Shown: positions 30,601-38,551 of the stretch, one piece after another
Layout: each line of letters starts with the position of its first letter
How positions within the stretch are numbered: position 1 is the stretch's first letter
NCBI GenBank assembly: GCA_004297205.1
Contig: SCUL01000002.1
Location: 722,893 to 786,892, forward strand
Length of the DNA: 64,000 nt
Direction: 5' to 3'
Source: Patescibacteria group bacterium
Lineage (GTDB): Bacteria > Patescibacteriota > Patescibacteriia > 2-12-FULL-57-11
Translations under genes and position numbers: made by a program
The notes under the pieces: model-generated
Database searches by the model: none
The model's input: only the letters and a program-made list of their open reading frames with translations
Told to the model about the DNA's origin: nothing

Positions 30601-33600
30601 ACGCCGAATCACCGGCCTGCCGTGCTTACCCGGAGCGCAGCTCGCCGTTCCCGAATGCCGTGGTCAAGGAGTGGAATCCGGCGGAATCAAGCGCCACTGC
30701 GCGCGCCGTGCCCGCCTCCACCCAGCCCGGTTTCAACCGTGCCGCGACCTGCGAGAAGGGGCAGGATTGCGAGTGCACCTATCGCAAGATCGAATACCGC
30801 GGCGGCCAGAACAAGCTCTACACCAGTCTTGACGACGTCGGGGTGCTCGCCCGCGTTCAGGGTCTGTGCTCCAGCGGTCCGCGCGACAAACAGCCTTGTG
30901 ATCCGCTGGCGGCCGCTGCAGCACCAATGGGGTGCGGCCAGGGCGGCACCTGCCAGACCATCGAGCGCAACAACATCGTCCAGGGGCTGAATGGCTACTG
31001 CTTGGAGCGCGACCTCGGATTCGCCATCAACGGCCGGCAGGAACACTCCTTCGCCGATCCGGCCCGCGCCTGCATCACCTGGCTGCCGGTGGACCGGCTG
31101 TCCGGCGCGGTGGACGTCTATAACAACTATCCGAACGCCGGCTTCAACATCGAGAACGCCGCCTTCTGCGCCGTGCCGGAAGCCTATAAGCGCGTGCGCC
31201 CCTTCAGCCGCGGCATCGACACCGGAGACGCCACGGTCACCATCGACGGGGAGGGCTATCCCTTCGGGTGGGGCTGCTTCGAAAGCACGAATTCGCCCGT
31301 GCAGGGGACCTCGTATCCGTTCCGCCGCGCGAGCGGTGGAAGTCCGCAGATCAACATCGCGAACAGCGGCGGCGGCAACATTCCCGAATACGCTTGTCCG
31401 ACGGAAGAAGGGTTCACGGTGATGTCGATGAACGAACATACCGATGCCGGACCGTTCGGGTGTTCGGGCGCCGACTGGGCGTCGGACGACGACTACCAGT
31501 TCCTCTGCGTTCCCCGCAATTCGCGACACATGGCGGATCCTTTGCAGCGACCCTGTCTTCCTCCGACCGGAGGCGTTCGTCTCGAGCGCTATAATCTGGA
31601 TGCCGGTCGCAACATGACCGAAGCCGAGATCCGTTCCCTGAACGGCGGGTACGCCGAGGTGTGGGGCATCCGGGGTTGGTTGAACAGCGCCGACAACAAC
31701 CTGCCGCGCCCTGACGGCATCACGCAAACGGACGGCACGGATCCCGTGCACACGGACAGCGCCATGTTCCACTATGCGGACTGCGTGGCCACGGACACGG
31801 TGGTTCCTGACGGCCCGGGCTCGCCGGGGACGCCGTTCCTGGGTTGCGAGGCGGCGGTCCGCGTCGCCACCTCCGGCCGCCCCGGCGAAAACAAGGTGAT
31901 GACCGGGCGCATCGGCAACGGCCGCGTCGTGCCGCCGGGGTCCCCCTTCACCGTCGCCACGGACGTCGCTTCCTTGCAGTACACATGGGCTGCCGAACCG
32001 GAACCGTTCGGGCGCGTGATTTCCACCGACGTGGACCTTCACACGGCCAGCTCTCCCGACTTTACGCCGGTTGAGATCAACACCTGCGTCAACGGCGGGG
32101 CGGACGGGTACTTCCTGTCAAACGCGTCGAATGCCTGCGAGACGGGCAGCCCGGTCACGAACATCCACAGCGAGACCCGGTCGTACGCCGAAATCAACGC
32201 GAGTCGCTCCGGCGCCGGAACAAGCTGCACGCCGGGCCGGTCCGGCGACCTCGACTGTTCAGAGCGCGCCGTCGCCGGGAGCCTCACCTGCTCCAAGGTG
32301 AGCGGCAGCAACCTCGGCTGCTTCGTCGGGTGCAACGACGCGGACCGCGACGACGCCTTCTGCGCGGACGGCAGCGCCGACGGCAACGGCACGGGCCAAA
32401 ACCTGGGCCGTTGCGACCGGATCGTCGGCGGATCGACTTTCTGCACGAACTCCCTCGCCGGCGATTGGGTTGATAATGAAGGCGCCTGTGAGAGCGATGC
32501 CAACCGTCAGATCGTCGGCACATGCCGTAACGCCGGGCCGAAGGATGGCAGCCAGTGCACGGACCAGTACGATTGCACGCATTTGAGATGTGAATCGCTC
32601 GGGCCGGAGAGCGGCGGAGGTGGATACTGCACCGGCGGAGGCGGCGGCGCCGCGATCTGCGACATCTCGAACCACTACTGCCGGTCGTACGCCTCCGATG
32701 GAGGAACGGTGCCGACGCTGTCGCGCGTCACCGACCGGTTGAAACAACTCTTCGCCCGAGTGTACGGCGCACTCCTCTACTCGCCGCAAAACGTTCAGGC
32801 CGTCTGTGATGCTGCGACCCGGCGCTGCAACAACAATCCGTTGCGCACCTGCACGCCCGGCATCGCCGGAGACGAGGAATGCAAGCTGCCCGATTACACG
32901 CCGGTGCGCGCCGGTCAGACGCTTGCCGGTGCCAACGTCGATGCCGCCGGCGACCTGCAATACAATACCGGTGACCTCGTCTACGACATCAGCAACACGA
33001 TCGGCGCGCCGCCGGTGGTTCGCTCGGTGGGCGACTGCAACACGCAGAACCAGTGTCTGGAGGGTCCCGAGGGGCAGGTGAGCGTGAACGGCGTCGACGA
33101 CGGCCAGGTCAAGGGCGGCAACGGCAACAAGAACATCACGCTGCGCTTCTTCGCCTACGCCCAGAACGACCAGATGCCGCTCCGGAACATCACCGTGGAC
33201 TGGGGCGACGGCACCAATCCGTCCGGCAACAACCCCGGTTCCTCCTACAAGAACCGCCGTGGTTATGAGTACCAGCGCGTGCCCCGTCCCGACGGCACGG
33301 AGGCGCTGGAGCTGACCTCGCTCTGTGACGGTGATACCTTCGGCACGTCGCCCGACGCCTGCGATGCCATCGCGCCGCTCGCCTTCAACCACGCCTACAT
33401 CTGTAACCGCGACGCCACGGCCCGCTGCTTCGATGGCACCAACGACTGCGTGGAGATCGTCGACGGCCGCCCGGCCTGCGTCTACAAGCCTCGCGTCCAG
33501 GCGCTCGACAACTGGGGTTTCTGCAACGGCACCTGCGCCGGCGGTGCGCCGACCACGGACTCGAACTTCTGCTACGACGGATCGACCAACCCGTCGCTCG

Positions 33601-33728
33601 CGCTCAGTGAAGGTCGCAATGAGTGCTTGATCTCAGCCACACCCGCAGCGGTTGAGGCCCTCCGAATCCGTGGCATCGACCCATTCACACCGTTCGCCGG
33701 AGAAGTCGTGGTCTTCCCGCGCGAGTAG
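24612..33728 (+). CDS. giant (3038 aa) secreted cysteine-rich surface protein
   Basis: Uninterrupted 9.1-kb ORF. Signal peptide MKARARKTSAAVLLSLTLFVGGLGIAAPRPAHA. Cys-poor first ~260 aa, then very Cys-rich throughout. No TM or sortase motif at the C-terminus. Confidence 0.8.
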   Translation: MKARARKTSAAVLLSLTLFVGGLGIAAPRPAHAQLAVIDPVTGANTTIRNFEDFLDKVLLGGVTMGFINALNYFAQKIAYDAAVFISAGGKGEGPLFQYKDFGSYLGDVALGAAGEAIGTFSEIGFLGFNLCEPAGPDAPRISLALQLGIASQYEAPEPRCEWSRISESWDQFTTSFETGEVLRNIQLSVGPGQTGLHGLFQAPLKVAEKVSSEKLTGELEREEGQGFKSLTDVVTGRQKTPAAVVRETALEQTARSPGQQQQSTASVIGPVLSQGVLQVLSVALGTFVNTLASQLLNRAFEEGSFDVTGFDLACAFRDAVPGSADALSGLNCPPDPSDPEAVTRGGKAAARAAYSSLLAPRVQEVNSFDAVAEFTVCPDSFRGPQNCAMDPGFAAGVRVALQGEAITIRDALQQGYLHADWPLVPPTGDGASRNADPFCFNNGYCYSNLVKLRKARIIPIGFELAAEKALPDTTLGKVVDAFDDCSGVDGQFCKLIDPDWLLKYPLTQCRAKVFGPTLLAGDSDIRGETCVDAPTCIAENADGTCGAGFGYCTREKNIWRLGGDACPAQYASCQAYAGPEGRNLSVLKNAVDKAICSFENAGCNWYATEQDPADGPGDWTYQQGRLFLDRDGGTCEEEHAGCSEFVVRAGLQANLVRNPSFELNNQTATRPDFWEGVPTSYVRDIAAADGTAAVSSLTDVAQSIGVDQGEAYALSATARRATGAAGGRALVRLTVTDAAGTALGFAAGDSTCAISGPGGTVLTLTVTADTDGAFSRDACAFTVPFGGQVVRLTARTEGGALADAIQLEYGATATTFRGNTYQGEQRTYLKQPPSWLGCTGELSDPPECDQYAGVCRPDEVGCDAYTPATGGLSVPGIVSQENRCDAACAGYATYKEEASPLSYARYPVHLIPTRGQTCSLAAAGCTEFTNLDAAAAGGEAREYYATLRTCEKPRPGEVVPVYYTWEGSDTTGFQLKEWQLKAEVAAAPGGGRPPALIRGTDPAGCTRAIYLAGSNPDCREFFDVAGNISYRLYSKTIVISPDCRPLRMTALPVDESATAVTCGLLGGRFVDGSCSICEGLGGTWNDPSGTDLGCTFNAFAPESRSCTAAESGCRLYTGNAGGNVRREGFWDFESGDREGWGPSDATTAVSTESTAVGGHSIRVNAGGTLSRPAPAAAANNTYYLTFWGKGRGAITARFSGAPADRSFTTGGITLGATWNRYSLGPVVVDWTPAADETLVLTGFSDVSFVDRIELTRVASNIGLVKDSWTIPAICDQNASGAFLPQAQLGCTQYRAARSGNTEYLTGFSSLCREKAVGCTAYVATQQSPSPGRESWNALCVLPTAAAAPTPCSIDGREVCTVGVNRRSCRYQADDLPSPVTFDMSAAGVCQVDGIVIVDGTGTPVRRGTPGECTGQPQDLVVVPADKSVYLVDDENNRCEPEFAGCALVGRSDGRTCTLASACTPAAGRDTCDCLQGGELLCRVKAGETACRAPLPFREPFASTTQISYAETTVLNDPKRYDQSLCSIEAVGCQEWTEIGPTTGKAYFKDPETRTCEYREDVPDGSGRSLDGWYRTGTDIACDSTLLVSGETFGIWKNGDEQYQGFVGQCPASFSTCSEFLDPADRDTRAPLGRPYYFLKNQKIDTASCRGQVNPLNGCVLFNDTTDPNVTANTLVTNSVSAERGNASVAPATCPGPGCSQCMYRRYVGRVGSEFDELFERTDGQVCGTVSDCTGARDDEEATCVTGTGGNADCPAGAACAAYFVNDPRVHFIDAFGSEHPTVDSFLGTLGVRGNDANVVLNVSRDRVCGEWLACQSSTPVWDPTRNRFIEICDAIGRCNEYQKNGDSTVCVSWVNREPEILTEDTYTQRNVSYAGQDYSGYSIPHLFDVESLRQVPVGRFCTGDTSRSCSSNTDCESPAAGICNPTPEFRLSRVIGSCPVTAEEGSTCTNPDFPERGQGRCWQGTCAQAPNGSPVETETLRRDEPQPLQAFGEAQNAESPACRAYPERSSPFPNAVVKEWNPAESSATARAVPASTQPGFNRAATCEKGQDCECTYRKIEYRGGQNKLYTSLDDVGVLARVQGLCSSGPRDKQPCDPLAAAAAPMGCGQGGTCQTIERNNIVQGLNGYCLERDLGFAINGRQEHSFADPARACITWLPVDRLSGAVDVYNNYPNAGFNIENAAFCAVPEAYKRVRPFSRGIDTGDATVTIDGEGYPFGWGCFESTNSPVQGTSYPFRRASGGSPQINIANSGGGNIPEYACPTEEGFTVMSMNEHTDAGPFGCSGADWASDDDYQFLCVPRNSRHMADPLQRPCLPPTGGVRLERYNLDAGRNMTEAEIRSLNGGYAEVWGIRGWLNSADNNLPRPDGITQTDGTDPVHTDSAMFHYADCVATDTVVPDGPGSPGTPFLGCEAAVRVATSGRPGENKVMTGRIGNGRVVPPGSPFTVATDVASLQYTWAAEPEPFGRVISTDVDLHTASSPDFTPVEINTCVNGGADGYFLSNASNACETGSPVTNIHSETRSYAEINASRSGAGTSCTPGRSGDLDCSERAVAGSLTCSKVSGSNLGCFVGCNDADRDDAFCADGSADGNGTGQNLGRCDRIVGGSTFCTNSLAGDWVDNEGACESDANRQIVGTCRNAGPKDGSQCTDQYDCTHLRCESLGPESGGGGYCTGGGGGAAICDISNHYCRSYASDGGTVPTLSRVTDRLKQLFARVYGALLYSPQNVQAVCDAATRRCNNNPLRTCTPGIAGDEECKLPDYTPVRAGQTLAGANVDAAGDLQYNTGDLVYDISNTIGAPPVVRSVGDCNTQNQCLEGPEGQVSVNGVDDGQVKGGNGNKNITLRFFAYAQNDQMPLRNITVDWGDGTNPSGNNPGSSYKNRRGYEYQRVPRPDGTEALELTSLCDGDTFGTSPDACDAIAPLAFNHAYICNRDATARCFDGTNDCVEIVDGRPACVYKPRVQALDNWGFCNGTCAGGAPTTDSNFCYDGSTNPSLALSEGRNECLISATPAAVEALRIRGIDPFTPFAGEVVVFPRE

Positions 33729-33740
33729 TTGAGGGACTGC

Positions 33741-33775
33741 AAAACACCCCCGCTTAGCGGGGGTGTTTTGAATAA
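33741..33775. terminator. bidirectional terminator between the giant gene and a convergent lipoprotein gene
   Basis: AAAA-CACCCCCGC-TTA-GCGGGGGTG-TTTT, then AATAAAAAAA. Confidence 0.65.
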
Positions 33776-33865
33776 AAAAAGAGCTAGTCGGTCTTCCAGC
33801 GGCTGTGGGCGAACCCACCTGCCGCTTTCAGACCTTCCAGCATGCGACGCCGTCTTTCGGCAGCG

Positions 33866-34687
33866 TCAGCGCGTACACCGTTCGGTGTAGGAACCACCGG
33901 GTCCGGTGAACGTGTACTCGAGGCTCTGGCCGTCGGCGCTGATCGTGCCGGAGATCATGCCGTCCGAAGACGACAGTCGATTTCCGTTCACGGCCAGATC
34001 TTCGACGATGTCGAGACCCTGAGCGGCCACGATGTTTCGGAACGTCGCGTCCATCACGACGACTCGGAATCCGCCGATCTCACAGCTCCAGGAGCCGCCG
34101 ATGTCGCGACCGACCGAGATCATGACCGCGGAGGTTTCCCCCCGAACGATCGTGACCTCGTCCCAGCTCGCCACGTGGCCGGGGACGGCCTGCACCTCGA
34201 TGCGGTGCATGCCCTCGGGGAGCATGACCGCCATGGGCATGGTGTCCATGGTGCCGCGCTCCGTGCCATCGACGACGAGCGTGCCGCCGCCGACGTCCGC
34301 GGAGACGTCGAGCGTCCCCATCGCCGAGGCCGTCGGCACGAGCGCCACGTCGTGGGACACGGCCGAACCGGACCGGAGGAGAACGTCCTCCATGTACGGC
34401 TCGTAGCCGTCGAGGGTGGCCTCGACCGTGACGGTGCCGAACGGGCCGCGCCAGTTCAGCGTCTCTCCGGGGAGCGTCGGCGTCGCGCCGAGCGCCATCC
34501 CGTCGACACGGACCGCCACGCCGCCGGGCATGCTCGTGAGCCGAAGCTCGCTGCAGCCCTCCCGGATGCCGTCCGGACCGAGCGTCTCGCAGTCCGCGGG
34601 CGGCGGCGTCATGTTGCCACCGTCGCCGCCGCAGGCCGAGACCAGGAACGCCGCCCCGAGGGCGGCCATCATCAGATGATTCCGCAT
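33866..34687 (-). CDS. lipoprotein with PEGA-like domain
   Basis: MRNHLMMAALGAAFLVSACGG lipobox. The LPEGMHRIEV segment resembles a PEGA domain. GGGAGGAAACG RBS before the ATG at 34687. Confidence 0.55.
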   Translation of the reverse strand: MRNHLMMAALGAAFLVSACGGDGGNMTPPPADCETLGPDGIREGCSELRLTSMPGGVAVRVDGMALGATPTLPGETLNWRGPFGTVTVEATLDGYEPYMEDVLLRSGSAVSHDVALVPTASAMGTLDVSADVGGGTLVVDGTERGTMDTMPMAVMLPEGMHRIEVQAVPGHVASWDEVTIVRGETSAVMISVGRDIGGSWSCEIGGFRVVVMDATFRNIVAAQGLDIVEDLAVNGNRLSSSDGMISGTISADGQSLEYTFTGPGGSYTERCTR

Positions 34688-34910
34688 CGTTTCCTCCCGA
34701 GGCGTGTGCCTCTCTGTTGCGTCTTCGGTAGGTTCCCAGGAGCGGGAACCCTGTCGATGACCTACCCCAGGAATACCTAGAAATTGCTCTTTTGTCAAGT
34801 AAGCGTGTAAAGAATGTCTATACAGTGGAGGATTATATTCGCGGGAAAGGTCCTTTTTTCCGGCGCGAAAAGAGAAAAGACGTCCGCTCGATGGCGGACA
34901 TCATTCAGCA

Positions 34911-34935
34911 TAAAAAAAGACCGGCCGATCTTCGA
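34911..34935 (-). terminator. putative terminator of the Cys-rich lipoprotein gene (minus strand)
   Basis: On the minus strand, a GATCGGCCGGTC near-palindrome is followed by TTTTTTT. Confidence 0.4.
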
Positions 34936-34991
34936 GCGACGCGCGGGCGGACCCACGGACGCTTGAAGACCGGCCGATTGTTCCAGATCGG

Positions 34992-36713
34992 TCAGTGGCA
35001 GTACTGCACCCCGGGCCAGCTCGTCAACCGCCCGGTGCATGCCTCGCCGGCTTCCGGACAGAAGCCATCGCACACCCACCGGCAGGTAGAGGTGGTCGCT
35101 CCGGCGTCGCGTACGCAGATCATGCTGTGGTCGCAGCTACCGCTGCTGCCACCGCAGGTTTCCCCGTGGAGGCGGCTTCCGGCGGGATGGCAGCCGGTGT
35201 AGTGCTCATCCGTCTCCAGGTTTGTCGCGAGCGTGCAGGTGTCGGCAGGATCCGGGCAGTCTTGCGCGTAGATGTCGCAACGCTCTGCCAGCGGACGACA
35301 GGCGCGCACGCAGGCGTCTCCGATGGAGCCGCTGCAGGCATCGCCGACCGCGCAGAAGCCGATCGATCCTTGCGGGCACAGCCGATGACAGCGGTATCCC
35401 ACGCCGTCGCTGAAGTCGAGACACTGCGTTCCGGCTTCGCAGTTGGCGACGGTCGAGCAGGCCCCGCCCTCCCGGACGGGCATTGCGGAGACAGGTCCGC
35501 ACGCGGTTCCCCCAGGCTCGGGCCGGCAAGCCCTCCCAGGTCCGCAGGACGTCGATTCGAACGGATCGCAGGCACCCGTCGCCATGCAGGGCATGGAAAC
35601 CGGACCGGCACCGACGCACATGCTGCCCATGCGGACGAACGCCGGGTCGCAGACAATGTCACATGCTCCCGCCGCGCAGGCCGCTCGACCATGATCAGGC
35701 GTCGGGCATACAGCGCACGAGTCGCCGCACGCCGTCGGATCGTCATCCGCGTAGCAGGCGTCCCCGCACAGGTGCCGGCCCGCGCCGCAGTCGCGTACGC
35801 AGAGACCGCCCTCGGCGATGAATCCGGCGTCGCAGACGATGCCACACGTGCCCGCGTCGCAGACCGCCACACCGTGGTCCGGCGTGGCGCACGACGCGCA
35901 GCTGGTGCCGCAATGCATCACGTCGTCGGTGACGCAGCCGTATCGGTCGCAGTACTGGCTGCCACCCGCACACTCACAGGTTCCTGCGACGCATGTGCCG
36001 AGGTCGCCGCAGTCGTTGCCGCAGCGGCCGCAGTTGGCGTTGTCGGTCATGAGCGTCGAGGGATCCGCGCAGGAGTCGCAGGCGATCTCGCCGGGCGCGC
36101 AGCCCGCGCGGCAACCCCCGAGCGTGGCCGACTCGATCGCACAGGCATTGTGATCGCACGGGTGGTTGGCTTCGCACGCGAAGTACGTGCCGACCTGCAT
36201 CACGCAACGAGTCAAGTCGCCATTGTAGTAGGCGGCGATGCAATTGCAGTCCCGGCGGCCTTCCGGCCCGTGCCCGTAGCCGCAACCTGCGGCGTTCGCG
36301 GCGCGGCAGGCCACGAAGCAGGGGTTCGTACTTCGCTCGAAGATGCATGCGGCGAGCGCGTCCTCTTCCGTCGAACAGCCCCCGCAGGTCCCGTCGAACC
36401 CGCAGGAGAAGTAGGTGTCACGCTCGGCTTCACAGCCCGCGACGAGATCGCTTTGGTAGGTGGCACAGAGCCGCCCGCAGTCGATCTCCGACCCCCCGCA
36501 GCGCATCTGCGTGTCGAGGCAGCGGGCGGTGCAGTCGTCCACCGGCCCGCCCGCATCGGAGCCGCCGTCCGGCCCGACCGGCACGTCGGCGACGGCCACA
36601 CCGGCATCGTTCGTGCGCCCGGCATCCGGCCCAGGGCCGTCCGGCACGCCAGCGTCGGTGCAGCCGGCAAGAAGCACCACCGCGAGGGCGGCCATCCAGA
36701 TCATGTGTTGCAC
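34992..36713 (-). CDS. cysteine-rich repeat lipoprotein (Myxococcus-type Cys-rich repeats)
   Basis: Signal/lipobox MIWMAALAVVLLAGCTD. Repeated units of the form CxxCxTPDHGxAxCxAGxCxIVCDxxF. About 80 Cys in 573 aa. GTG start at 36713 with a GGAGGAG RBS. Confidence 0.65.
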   Translation of the reverse strand: MQHMIWMAALAVVLLAGCTDAGVPDGPGPDAGRTNDAGVAVADVPVGPDGGSDAGGPVDDCTARCLDTQMRCGGSEIDCGRLCATYQSDLVAGCEAERDTYFSCGFDGTCGGCSTEEDALAACIFERSTNPCFVACRAANAAGCGYGHGPEGRRDCNCIAAYYNGDLTRCVMQVGTYFACEANHPCDHNACAIESATLGGCRAGCAPGEIACDSCADPSTLMTDNANCGRCGNDCGDLGTCVAGTCECAGGSQYCDRYGCVTDDVMHCGTSCASCATPDHGVAVCDAGTCGIVCDAGFIAEGGLCVRDCGAGRHLCGDACYADDDPTACGDSCAVCPTPDHGRAACAAGACDIVCDPAFVRMGSMCVGAGPVSMPCMATGACDPFESTSCGPGRACRPEPGGTACGPVSAMPVREGGACSTVANCEAGTQCLDFSDGVGYRCHRLCPQGSIGFCAVGDACSGSIGDACVRACRPLAERCDIYAQDCPDPADTCTLATNLETDEHYTGCHPAGSRLHGETCGGSSGSCDHSMICVRDAGATTSTCRWVCDGFCPEAGEACTGRLTSWPGVQYCH

Positions 36714-36832
36714 GTTTCTCTCCTCCGAGGCACGTATGCCTCACTTTTTCGGTACCCCGCCGATGGCGGAGCGGTTAATGTCTCTATGTGAGGGGTATCG
36801 TAAAAACAAAGAAAAGTCAAGCACACGGACTC

Positions 36833-37288
36833 CTATGACCCGCGGATCTTTTTCGCCAATTCCGCCAACGCCGCGTCGTCTGCGCGTTTGAAATCGTGCG
36901 AGGAGATGTATCCCTCGTACTGTTCAAAGAATTTTTGGATGTTCGATTTGACCGGCCGCCATTCCGGCAGCTTCGTCCCGTGCATCGGGAACAGCTTGAT
37001 ATGGGCGTGGTCGACGCCGAAGCCCTCGGCGATCATGCCGGTGCGGCCGACGTCCTCGAGCCGGGCGTCGATCAGTTTCCCAACCGTCCGCGCTGCCAGA
37101 ACGAGCGGGACCAGGACGTCATCGGGCAGATCGAAGACGTAGCTGGGCTGATGCGTCTTGGTGATGACCACGCTGAAGCCGGGCGTGTTCGGGAAAATCG
37201 ACAAGAAGGCGAGATGCCGCTCGTCTTCCCAGATGCGGTGTGCCGGTGCGTCGCCCGCGGCGATGGCACAGAAGATGCAGGAGGTCAT
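36833..37288 (-). CDS. HIT (histidine triad) family protein
   Basis: MTSCIFCAIAAGD N-terminus and the VDHAHIKLFP histidine triad. 151 aa. Confidence 0.7.
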   Translation of the reverse strand: MTSCIFCAIAAGDAPAHRIWEDERHLAFLSIFPNTPGFSVVITKTHQPSYVFDLPDDVLVPLVLAARTVGKLIDARLEDVGRTGMIAEGFGVDHAHIKLFPMHGTKLPEWRPVKSNIQKFFEQYEGYISSHDFKRADDAALAELAKKIRGS

Positions 37289-37838
37289 GGGGATAACTTT
37301 TTGAAGTGAAGACTCTTTTTCTTGTGGATAAAATAGCACGAAAATGCACACAGGATGTAAACGGTTTCTCGTCTCCGAACGAAAAGTAGGAGTCTTCGTG
37401 TTCACTCATCGTGTACAAACCGCCCTCCATTGACGCTGCATGACGGCACCGTACGCTGGATACAGAAGCAGGAGCGGCGCGCTCGGGTGACAGGTGCGAC
37501 CATCCGAGACCCGCGGCCGGGGAGACCGTCGCTTGCGACGGATAACGAACCGCCCGCGACGCGCCGCTGCCTGTTCGGACGATTCGGACGCGATGCTGTT
37601 CTCCGCGAGCGCTGCTGCCTCGCTCCGCACGTGCGCCTCCACCGCGCTTGCGCCCATGGATGGGCGCCGCGGCCGGCAACCACGGCGGTCGGCGGGACCG
37701 CGCTCGGGCCTTCGGCACGGACCGGCGGCAGTCCTGGGGTGTTTCGCCTGATCTTCTCCCAGTATTGCCGTCGGAGCATTGCGGGATCTTGTCCGATGGC
37801 GACGTCCGTGGTACGTCGAGGAGGAATCTTTTCACTGT

Positions 37839-38462
37839 ATGGATATGCGCAAACACTTCGGAATCGCTTTGGTCGGATTGATGCTGCTCGGCGCCGGCTG
37901 TGCCGCGTCTCAAATTTCTCCTCAAGGGATTGGCAATACGAATGTGCCGCCAGTCGTCGACGAAACAGCGGCTGGTCCTGGGTTGAATGAAATCATTTCG
38001 TGGAAACAGGCCAAGCTGGGCTTTCTCATCCGGCTCCCGGAAACGTGGCGTGTTAGCGAAGTAGATGCTGGTGGAGTGAGTTTGATCCGTATCATTGCTC
38101 CGGAAGGTTCGGAAAAGAACCCTGCTGCGGAGATCTTCGTTCAATTGTCGAAAGACATGGAAGGGAATGCCGTGAGCTCTTTTGAGCAGTGGATCGGTAA
38201 TGGAGGGCGCGTCAATGAACGGCTCATTTCGAAGTCCGTGGCTGGCGGTTCGATCGTCGTCGATGGAGTGACGCTGCAGAAGAGGATCGAAGACGATTCA
38301 ACGATTGCCTATTACGCTCAGCTTGAAACAAACAATGGGGTGTATTTCCGTTGCGCTTACGCTTCGAAGCATCCCCTCAAGAGCGATCTCGAAAGCATCA
38401 TCCGCCAGATGCGCTTCTCTCTTTCCGCAGATGAGTTTGGGCGGGCGCGAGTAATTCCGTAA
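37839..38462 (+). CDS. hypothetical lipoprotein, compositionally atypical (lower GC)
   Basis: MDMRKHFGIALVGLMLLGAGCAAS lipobox; GAGGAGG RBS. Visibly AT-richer codon usage than its neighbours. Confidence 0.5.
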   Translation: MDMRKHFGIALVGLMLLGAGCAASQISPQGIGNTNVPPVVDETAAGPGLNEIISWKQAKLGFLIRLPETWRVSEVDAGGVSLIRIIAPEGSEKNPAAEIFVQLSKDMEGNAVSSFEQWIGNGGRVNERLISKSVAGGSIVVDGVTLQKRIEDDSTIAYYAQLETNNGVYFRCAYASKHPLKSDLESIIRQMRFSLSADEFGRARVIP

Positions 38463-38551
38463 CGTCGGGAACCCAACTATCCCCGGAAGTACTACTGGGG
38501 ATACAGGATTCCAAGACGACAGATCATTGAAAATCTGCAAGGAGTGAGGTC

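Noticed and set aside
34792-35202. 136-aa plus-strand ORF in the gap between two minus-strand lipoprotein genes
   Set aside because: No RBS, basic low-complexity translation, and it overlaps the 3' end of the Cys-rich lipoprotein gene. The region is better explained as promoter/terminator DNA for the flanking genes.
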